From NCBI GenBank assembly GCA_024679065.1, contig JAGIQG010000031.1, positions 2,356,001-2,420,000 of the forward strand: DNA of 64,000 nt. Reading direction: 5' to 3'. This document shows, piece by piece, positions 25,101 to 35,400 of the stretch; position 1 is the first letter of the stretch, and each line of letters begins with the position of its first letter. A program made the translations under genes and the position numbers. The notes below the pieces were generated by a model. The model had not been told where the DNA came from, made no database searches, and saw only the letters and a program-made list of their open reading frames with translations. The DNA is from Sphyrna mokarran. Taxonomy: Eukaryota.

Positions 25101-25195
25101 AGAGGTCGCACCTACCCCAGAAAGAACCCCAATTGTCCAAGTATCTGAACCTTTCTCTCCTGCACCACCCCTTTAGCCACGAGTTTAAATTTCTT
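22160..25195 (-). mobile_element. CR1 LINE, nearly complete ORF2 (APE endonuclease + RT) with frameshifts and one internal deletion
   Basis: ORFs 24476-24949 (YFNARS, ISETW), 23161-23742, 22619-23197 (GVPQGSVLGP, KFADDTK), 22254-22703 and tail. Confidence 0.95.
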
Positions 25196-25199
25196 TAAA

Positions 25200-25478
25200 T
25201 ATCTTTCAGATGAGATTTCAGCAAACGTTTCAGACATGCAGAGAATCAGTTGCTACCTGTTACAGTTTGCAGACAGCTATGTGCGTAGGCAGTCCACGTG
25301 AAACAGGAAACTCACTGAGACCATTTGCATTGTGCTGAAGTTTCCACTCAGCTACGTGTTTTTCAGTGCAGCATCGAGTTTCCGCATTTGGGTATTTCAA
25401 ATCGTCACGTCGTTACGACTCTGGATTTAGATCCATGCGGACAAGAGTCAGGTTTGAAGCCCACATTAAGGATCCGAG
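25200..25478 (+). promoter_or_regulatory. Gene B promoter: octamer ATTTGCAT 25323-25330, IRF-Ets composite GAAACAGGAA 25300-25309, E-box CACGTG 25295-25300, half-CRE CGTCA 25403-25407
   Basis: Motifs read directly, clustered 70-185 bp upstream of the leader ATG in a unique island between two LINEs. Function is inferred. Confidence 0.6.
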
Positions 25479-25530
25479 ATGCAGATTATGGGCCTCCTGG
25501 CTCTCGGTGCCCTCTTCCCTCTCCTTCCAG
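25479..25530 (+). CDS. Gene B exon 1, signal peptide MQIMGLLALGALFPLLP
   Basis: ATG at 25479 (alternative 25488), hydrophobic, phase-1 donor CAG|GTGAGA, continues as VVFSQAVFTQ in the V exon. Confidence 0.85.
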
Positions 25531-28500
25531 GTGAGATTAGCTTTTTCTTTCTAATGTATTTGAATCATCGATAGTCACGGCTGAAGTGCCTGAAGATTCG
25601 CGAGTGGCAAATGCTGTTTCTTTGATTGAAAAAGGGTGCAGGGAAAAGTTTGAAATCACAGGCCAGTGAATCTCACATTTGTGATGTGTAAGGTGATGCT
25701 GAATATTTCGAAACACGAGATCTACAAGCATTTAGAGAAGCAAGGTCTAATTAGTGAGAGTCAGCATGATTTTGTGAGTGGAAAATCAAGCCTCACAAAT
25801 TTGAGTGAGTTCGTTGAAAGCATATCAAAAGGTCGATGACGGCAGTGCAGTTTATGTAGTCTACATGGATTATGGAAAGGCCTTGAACAAGCTATCACAT
25901 GGTAGGTTATTGTATAAAGTTAAATTTCACGAGATCTAGTGTGAGCTAACAAATGGATGCAAGATAATTTTCTTGCCAAAAGCCAGAGGGTGATTGTAGT
26001 GGGTTGTCATTCAAACTGAAGGCCTGTGACCAGCGGTGTGCCTCAGGGATCAGTGCCGTGTCCACTGTTATTTGTCAATTATATTCATGATTGGGATAGA
26101 ACATAGGACGCATGTTTAGTAAGTTTGCAAATGACACAAAGCTTGGTGACAAAGTGGAGAGTGAAGAAAGTTATCTCCGATTGCAACAGGATCTTAATCA
26201 ATTGGACCAGTGGGCTGATGAATGGCAGATGGAGTTTAATTTAGATAAATACGAGGTGACTCTTTTTAATAGCCTGAACCAGGACAGAACTGACTCAATT
26301 AATGGCATGGCACTGGGGAAAGTTACAGCTCAAGGAAAGCTAGCGGTAAATGTTCATAGCTCCTTGAAAGTGGAGTCACAGATGGACAGAGTGGAAAAGA
26401 AGGCATTCGACATGCTTGGTTTCATTGGTCAGAACATTGAATACAGGAATTGGGACGTCTTGTTGAAGTTGCACAAGACATTGGTAAGACCACACTTGGA
26501 TACTGTACTCAGTTCTGGTCACCCTATTGTGGAAAGAATATTATTAAACCAGAAAGAGTGCAGAAAAAGATTTACTTAGAATGCTACCAGACATTGATGA
26601 TTTGAGTTTCTTAGGAAAGAATGGAAAGACTGAGACATTTTTTTCTCTCTGGAGTGTAGAAGGCTAAGGTGTGATTTTCAGAGTTCTATAAAATAATGAA
26701 GAGCACAGATCAAACTGACAGTCAATATATTTTCTCAGAGATAAGGGAGTCTAAAACGAGAGGGCTTTGTTTTAAGCTGAGAGGGAAGATATACAATAGT
26801 ATCCAGAGGGACAATCTATTCACAAAAAGTTGGTGAGTGTCTGCAACAAACTGCCAGAGCTAGTAGTAGGGGCTAGTACAATTTTGCCTTTTAAAAAGCA
26901 ATTAGACAGTTTATGGATGAGATGGGTATAGAGGGATATTGGCCAAATGTGGGCAACAGAGATTAATTTAGGTGTCTAAAAGAAAGGACGGCATGCTGTA
27001 AACCTCTATGACTCTACGAGTCTATAGCATGGGAGACAAACCGGCTCAGGTCATCGGCAAGCTTATGCATGTGGCAGATCACACTGACAAATCTGAAGCA
27101 AAGTTTAAGAAGTGAGTAATGAAAATGTCAAATAAAATACAGTGAACAAACATTCACATCTCTTCACCACGATTATACACAGATCATGCAATTGTTTTCT
27201 TGATTCTGAGTTCACTCCTCCCATCAAAAGAACTTCAATTTCTGATGTTGTCACATTATTTTTGTGGAATTTTGCTGGTGAAAAATTCTTCGCTGCATTT
27301 TTTTTGCAATACAAGAGGTACTGTACTTGCAAAAGTATTTCATTTTGACTATCTTTTGACCTCTCTCCTTCCCTTATCTTTACATTCGTTTATTTAATCT
27401 CTGGGGTCCTCCTCTCTGTTGCTCTCTCTCTCTATTCTTTTATCTCTCTTTTGATTTCTTTCATATGTTTTTCTTTTTTTTATGTGTGGTCTATTTCTCC
27501 AATGTTCTTTGTCTCTTCTTTGGACACAGGTGAGGTACCAGAGGACTGGAGACTAGCTAATGTTGTATCCTTTTTTAAAAAGGGTACTAGGGATAACCCT
27601 GGAAATTATAGGCTGGTGAGATTGACGTCAATGGTTGGGAAGCTGTTGGAGGGGATTCTTAGAGATTGGATATGCTCGTAGGGATACGCTCGCCCTTCAT
27701 TGTCCGTTTTTGTCGCCTCCTCGAAAAATTCTACCAGATTTGTAAGGCACGACCTCCCTTTAACAAAGCCATGCTGCGTATCCCTAATCAGATATTAACC
27801 AAAATATTAATTCAATCTTGTACCCATAAGGAAGTTAGGATAAGTTTTTTTTTGTACTGGGAATCATTAACCTCCCGGCGATAGGCGAAACTCTCCATTT
27901 GTATTGTTGTGGGAAAGTTATCACCGGAGCCAGACTGGCGGTATCAAGAATACGGATTTTTATTTTGGATACGAAGCTTCGGGAGAAAGCGCTGGTACTC
28001 AACAGTGCTTAGCAACTACCTAGGAGCCGCAGCATCATGTTGCAGCTGTACAAAACTCTAGTGCGGCCGCACTTGGAGTATTGTGTGCAGTTCTGGTCGC
28101 CACATTATAAGAAAGATGTGGAGGCATTGGAGAGGGTACAGAGGAGGTTTACTAGGATGTTGCCTGGTATGGAGGGCAGGTCCTATGAAGAGAGGTTGAA
28201 GGATTTGAGGTTGTTTTCGTTAGAAAGGAGGCGGCTAAGGGGGGATCTTATTGAAGCATATAAGATAATTAGAGGTTTGGATAGGGTGGACAGTGATAGC
28301 CTTTTTCCTAGGATGGAGAAAGCTAGCACGAGGGGACACAACTTTAAATTAAGGGGTATGAGTTATAGGACGGATATCAGAGGTAGGTTCTTTACTCAAA
28401 GAGTGATTAGGGAGTGGAATGCCCTGCCTGCAGCTGTTGTAGATGCGCCAAGTTTGGTGGCGTTTAAGAGGTTAGTTGATAAGTATATGGATGAGAAGGG

Positions 28501-31500
28501 AATGGTTTAGTTAGGAGGGGCATTGCTTTTTATTTTGGTCGGCACAACATCGAAGGCCGAAGGGCCTGTTCTGTGCTGTATTGTTCTATGTTCTATGTAC
28601 CTTCTCAATCATACAATAACAGTTGATCATTTTCATACCTTTCAGATAATAGGTAGTCTGGACATTTGTCATTGAACACATCGTTATGTTTGAGTAGACA
28701 ATTTATGGTGATTGCAAGTTAACACGTCGTTACAATCTGACAGGTACAGACATAAACAATTAATATAGCATTGTTCATGGAATGGATGTATTTCCTCTAC
28801 CAATGACTGGTTTTGATCTGTGCGTTCAGTGGTTGAGTTTTGTTTCATTTATACATTTATTTTCCCATCGAGGGCTGATCCTATTATCAGTCTCTATTGT
28901 TCTGTGTTGTCCTTATCTTCAAAATGTCCCAAGCTCTAACGAGCTTTCTGCAGCATTTCGGTTTCTGCTTGTTTTAACTTTAACTGGACTGCCTTTGCTA
29001 AAAGCAAGGGCCTGTCTGATGTCTCCTGCCCGGTAACTATTATGTGTGTCAGGCAACCATTTCTTTATTTTCTCCACTTCAGTATGAATCAGGTTTGGCT
29101 ATTGCTCACAAAAGGGGAAGAGAGGTTGAAGGATTTGAGGTTGTTTTCGTTAGAAAGGAGGCGGCTAAGAGGGGATCTTATTGAAGCATATAAGATGATT
29201 AGAGGTTTAGATAGGGTGGACAGTGATAGCCTTTTTCCTAGGATGGAGAAAGCTAGCACGAGGGGACACAGCTTTAAATTAAGGGGTATGAGTTATAGGA
29301 CGGATATCAGAGGTAGGTTCTTTACTCAAAGAGTGATTAGGGAGTGGAATGCCCTGCCTGCAGCTGTTGTAGATGCGCCAAGTTTGGTGGCGTTTAAGAG
29401 GTTAATTGATAAGTATATGGAAGAGAAGGGTATGGTTTAGTTTGGAGGGGCATTGCTTTTTATTTTGGTCGGCACAACATCGAAGGCCGAAGGGCCTGTT
29501 CTGTGCTGTATTGTTCTATGTTCTATGTTCTGTTGATATGCCCTGTTCTCTCTCAGTTGTTTTCTCCCAGGCGGTTTTCACGCAAACTCCAGCGATCCAA
29601 ACCGTCTCGGCTGGAAGTCGCTTTGAGCTGCATTGTCACACAGGCTGGTTAGCAAGTCCAGCGGTTTACTGGTATAAACAGCGGCACCATCAACATCTGC
29701 AGTTTGTTCATATCGTCAAAAAACACTTCCCTAGTGAAGGGCGGTTTTCAGGAGTTGTTAACGACGATTCGACCGTTTGTACTCTGATCGTTGAAGGTGC
29801 CCAGAAGGAGGATTCGGGTGTTTATTACTGTGCAGCAAGGAAATCTAACGGGATGCCCTTTATATTCGGAAAGGGCTCAAAGTTGTTCATCACTGGTAAA
29901 TAAAAGTAAAAATAAGTGAATTAAACAATTAAAGAAATACGAATCGAAACTGAAAATTAATTTCATTTTCCCTAACCAGGTCGCCCGACAATATTCCTCT
30001 TGGCTCCGCCGCCGGCTGAGATTCTGTCCATGGAAATTATCCCATTGATGTGTTTGGTGAGGGGCGTAACCTCGGTTACTCTCCCTGTCCACTGGAATGT
30101 TTCCACAGGGGAGACAGAGGGATGGACGGATTCTGGAACAATAGAGTCCATCGGGATGTACAGTATTAGAAGTCAGCTCACAGTCCCCAGAGAAAGCTGC
30201 AGCAAGGGGGCTGTTTGTACTTGTTCCGTTCACACCCCTTCAGTTGAAAATCTCATAAGCGAAATGTTCTCACGTCAGAGAGGTGAGCGTTTGCAAATTC
30301 ACTTTATGTATTGCTGTCGTGAGATCCGTTGTGAGCAATAGTGCATTTAAAGCAAAAGTTGTTCACTTTTCTGCGTCTGGATGCAGGCATCATGCGAACA
30401 ATTATTCATTTAGATGAGAAAACTGAATTTAGTATCTTTAACTTCAATGATGATTCAAAGCTTAGTGGGAAGGTGAGTTTAAAGGACGGTGCAGATATGC
30501 ATCCGTGTGATTTAGACAAGTTCAGTGAGTGTGCAACTGCATGGCAAATGCGGATAACTGAGAGATTATTCACTTTTTTTAGCGACAGCGGAACAAAGAT
30601 TATTCAGACAGATACACGTTTAAACAGAGACATAAGATCATAAGAAATAAGAGCAGGAGTAGGCTTTCTAGCACTTCGAGCCTGTCCCACCATTCAATAT
30701 GACCATGGCTGATCTGAAGTGGATCAGTTCCACTCTCCCGCCTGTTCCTCATAATTCTTAATTCCTTATCGATCAGAAACACATCAACCCGTGATCTTAA
30801 ATATATTCAGCGAAGTAGCCATCACCACTTCAATGGGCAGAGAATTCCAGAGATTGACCACCCTCTAAGAGAAGAAGTTCCTCTTCAACTCTGTTCTAAA
30901 CTGCTCTCCCCTTCTCCCCCCCCCCCCCCCCCCCCCCGCTATTTTGAGGCTATGCCCTCTGGTTCTGGTTTCCCTTCTAAATGGAAATAATCTCTCCATT
31001 TCTACCCGATTTAGCCCCTTCATTGTCTAGTAGGTCTGTATCAGATTCCCCCTCACCCTTCCAAGCTCCAACGAGTACAGGCCCAATCTACTCAGTCTCC
31101 CCTCAAAAACTAATCCCATCCAAGCAATGGGATAGAGGTGGGATCGAGCAAAGAATCGATGAACAATTGAAAAATGTATTGCCTCCTTCTATGCAATTGG
31201 ATACTTTGCCAATAATAATATTCTTTCATTACATTGCTGTTATCACTCATAAGGCTCCCCGTCACCCCAACTGTTATGTTGGTGTAATTGGGAAAAGTGG
31301 TTTTGACACATTCAATTTTGAGTTGACTGTTCGTGGGTGTCCTTGAAATTTGGGCATGTGCACGGTGGCCTGACTGAAATAATTCTTCAAAGTTATTTTT
31401 CCCCCTTCATCAGATCCACGAGAACCATTCTGCAATTCACTGCTTTATGGCGGTTCCTCGGTAATAATTGTCCTTTTCATGATATTTGCTATTCTGGCGG

Positions 31501-32372
31501 GTTGGAACTGCAAACATCGGCTCTCAGGTAGGATGTGTCTGCCTGCTCTATCGTTCTGTGCGGCTCAGCATCCCCATAAATTTGTTGATGTATCTTGCTC
31601 ATCTACACAATAATTAACCTGCTCTCTGAACACGTTGCAATGTTTCAGTCTTTTTTTATTTGCTTTAGGCATCAAGACATCACGCAACGTATTCGCGAAT
31701 TCGATGTATTGTGAACAAAATGAGACGGTAAATAGTATTTATTAATATAAGTTGTTCAATTGCTCTGACTTTTGAGAACAACACTTCATATTGATTGTGA
31801 AGGTTACTAGATTCTATTAAACGTTTCAATGTATTATTTACCATTTTACGGCAAATGAAAATGCTGTACTACATAGGTATGGACAATTAATCTCAGAAAA
31901 TAGAGATGAAGACAAAATGTCATTCAAATTAAACAGTGCGGGGTTCAAATGGAATTGGATTATGAGAAAAGATGGCAAAGATGTCACCAATATCCCCGTG
32001 TCTACTGAAGGCAAACATGTAAGATACAAGAAGGAGTATACTATTAATGAAAACGGATTGGCAAACAAGATTGAGGAAATTGCGAAGTTCTTTTATACAC
32101 AAGTAACAAGCAAGAGTTCAGCCAAGGAAATGATTGATCCACTGAACGATAGTAAAGGAAATTTTTGCGTGGAAGTCAAGAAAAATGTGCCAGATGTATT
32201 CACCAAATAGAAAGACTTGGTGGATAATGATCCTAGGACAGCTTGTGTAGATATTCTAGTTCATTTTGATACAAAACGGATGACGGATAGGGCGTCTTCA
32301 AATGTATTAAAGTAGACAAGTCCCCAGGGCCTGATGGGATATACAGCCTGATACTGAGCGTGGGGGAAGGGT

Positions 32373-32414
<42 letters not shown>

Positions 32415-35400
32415 GGAAACTGCTCGGCCTTGACAGAAACCCTTGTATCTTTATTGTGTACAGGTGAAGTTCCAGAGGAATGCGGAATAACCAATGCTGT
32501 TTTACTTTTTAAAAAGAACAGCATGGAAAACGCAGAAACGTACAGGGCAGTAAGCCTTAGGTCAGCAGTGGGGAAATTATTGGAAATGATTCTTAGAAAC
32601 AAGATTTGTTCACATTTGGAAACAAATTGACTTATTAGTGATACACGGCATGGCTTTATGAAGAGGACGTAGCGTGATTAACTTGCTCCAGTTTTTTGAG
32701 GGAGTGTGAAAGATGAGACATGAGGCATAGTCTTTATATGCTTGTATGCTTTGCATGCTTGACAAGATTTATCATGTTCGACTGGGACGAAAGGTGAAGT
32801 CACCCGGGGTAAGATGGATACAGAACTGCCTTGGGCAAAGAAGTAAAGGTGTGAATTTCTGAATGGAGGGCTGTCGCTAACAGTGTTCCAAAGCGATCCA
32901 TTCTTGAACCACTGTTGTTCATAAGTGATAGGGAGGTAGATGTAGCTGGCCTGATTAGTAATTTCACAAATGACACAAAATTGATGGAGTTATTGATAGT
33001 GAAGAGGATTCTTATATGACCGGTTGGAGACTTGGTCAGAGAAATGGCAGATAAACTTTTGTCAGGTAATGAATTTTGGAACGTCGGATGCAAGTTAGGG
33101 GAATTGAGAGGCAGAGCAATTTGGGCGTACTTGTGCACCGACCACTCAAAGTGGCATCGCAAGTGGATAATGTAGTGAAGAAGAAAAACAGCATGGCTGC
33201 ACTGATTGGTCGGAGTATTGAGCGTAAAAAAAAAGGTTGAACATGCTGCAGTTGTACAAAACATTAGTTAGACTTTATTTGAAATAGTACGCACAATGTC
33301 ACAATGAAAACTATGCGGATGATTTGGAATCAGTGCAGAAGGGATTAACCAGCCCGTTGCTTGATCTAGAAAGTCTTAGCTAGAAAGAGAGTTTCGATAC
33401 ATTTGGCTTGTTCTCAATGGAACGACGGAGGGGCGACTTGAAGATGATTACAAGATTATGAGTGGCATGGACGGAGTGGAAAAATCAGATGTTCTTTCCT
33501 AGGTAGAAAAACAAAGTCCTGGGGGCACAGATTTAAGGTACGTGAGGGGGAAAAAAAAACATTAGAAGACATGTGCGAGGCAAGTTTGTTTTTGCACAGA
33601 GATTGATGAATATCTGGAACATGGGACTCGGGGTGGTCGTGGGAGGAGATAGACAGTGGCATTTATGAGGCAAAGAAGCAAATACATGAATAGGAAGAGA
33701 AAGGAAGTGCATATGGTTTTAGTTTAGGCATGCATCATGATCAGTGCAGCCTTCAAGGGCCGAAGGTCATGCTCCTGTGCTGTACTCTTCTTTGTTCCTT
33801 GGTATTTCAATCGAGTCCTTCATATCTGCACCGCCACTCATTGTGATCATTGATGATCACCCAATTCAATTATTTGATCCGGAGATCCCCGCTTGTCCTT
33901 TGAACTCGACCTCAATGGTTGTATCTAACTGTATAAAGACATTCACTATTTTGATCTCATCTACTTAGCAAGTTCCACACACAATTCTGTGGATGGAGAA
34001 ATTTCATCTCATTCAGTCCTAAATGGTTTCCTCTGTTGCCTCGGTCTATGATCCCTTGTTCTGAACACCCACACGACCAGGAACATCCTTCTTACATCGA
34101 CGCTGTCTGGCCTTGTTAGAGATTTTCAGTTTTCTATTTGTGATTCCCCTCATTTCTTTGAACTCCAGCGAACACAACCTAATTGACTCAACGTCTCCTC
34201 ATACGCCAGTCCAGCTAAGCAAGGAATCAGATCAGTAAATAATCAATAAACTGTCTCTAGAGCAAAAAAAAAAAATCCTTTAGGGAGGAAATCCTAGACA
34301 TACTATTCCAGTTGTAGCCTCAGCAAAACAATGCATAATTTCAAAAAATAAAACTCTTTGTCCATAAACACAAATCCTCTCGCTGTGAATATAAAAAAAA
34401 ACATTTGCTTTCTTTTCCACCTTCTGTATATAGCCGCTTCTCTTCAGTGATGATGCGCATTCCACTCTCAGATTATAGCCATTTAAATTGTAATCTACTT
34501 TTCGTTTTTGCTAACACATCTCTCATTTATCCACATTGGATTTATTTGCCAGACAGTTGCACACTCACTGAACTTGTCTAAATCACACTGATGCATCTCT
34601 GCGCCGTCCTTAAAACTCATCCTTCTAGTTAGCTTTGAATAATTATCAAAATTACAGATAGTAAATTTAATTCCCCCATCTAACTATGTATCATGCTCTT
34701 TGTTCTCTGTCTGCCAACCAGTGTTCTACGGACCTCAATAGAGGAGAGGCTGGGGGATTTGAGGTTGTTTTCATTAGAAAGAAGGCGGCTAAGAGGAGAC
34801 CTTATTGAAACATATAAGATGATTAGAGGTTTAGATAGGGTTGACAGTGATAGCCTTTTTCCTAGGATGGAGAAAGCTAGCACGAGGGGACATAGCTTTA
34901 AATTAAGGGGTGGTAGTTATAGGACGGATATCAGAGGTAAGTTCTTTACCCAGAGGGTGGTTAGGGTATGGAATGCCCTGCCTGCGGTAGTTGTAGATGC
35001 GCCAAGGTTGGTGGCATTTAAGAGGTTAATAGATAAGTTTATGGACGAAAAGGGAATGGTTTAGTTTGGAGGGTCATTGCTTTTTCCTAATTGGTCGGCG
35101 CAACATCGAAGGCCGAAGGGCCTGTTCTGCACTGTAATGTTTTATGTTCTAATATACTTTCCCCAATCTAATGCGCTTTTGTTTTATATGCTAATGTGTT
35201 CTTTAGGGTTTTGTCAAAGACTTCTGGAAGTCCCCATTAGCACTCAGCCCACAGAAATTCCAGAAACATTGTCAAGCACGGTTTCCCTTCCATAATTGTA
35301 TGCCGACTCTGTCCACGCGTGCCATCCCTTTCCAAATGTTTTGAAAATCCATGGCAATTGATTCTAGAATTATCGATGTCAGGTGACTCGTTTTTAATTG

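Noticed and set aside
11186-25388. Shared 13-mer gagtttccgcatt upstream of both genes (11186 and 25376)
   Set aside because: Many 13-mer matches are expected by chance within 64 kb.
27245-27320. Alternative leader MLSHYFCGILLVKNSSLHFFCNTR
   Set aside because: Poorly hydrophobic with a weak donor (GTACTG); the 25479 exon is much better supported.
29406-29556. N-terminus of ORF 29406-29903 (MISIWKRRVWF...) as the leader of gene B
   Set aside because: It is read-through of a CR1 3' end; the real leader is the spliced exon 25479-25530.
9029-30282. Calling the V/C exons rearranging TCR or Ig light-chain loci
   Set aside because: No RSS beside the V exons, G strand fused in the germline, 84-91 bp V-C introns, uncharged TM and Tyr-motif tails.
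32375-32413. Poly-G/poly-C tracts (also 1860-1915 and 30916-30937) giving poly-Pro or poly-Gly ORFs
   Set aside because: Low-complexity expansions within repeats; homopolymer length is unreliable and they are not coding.
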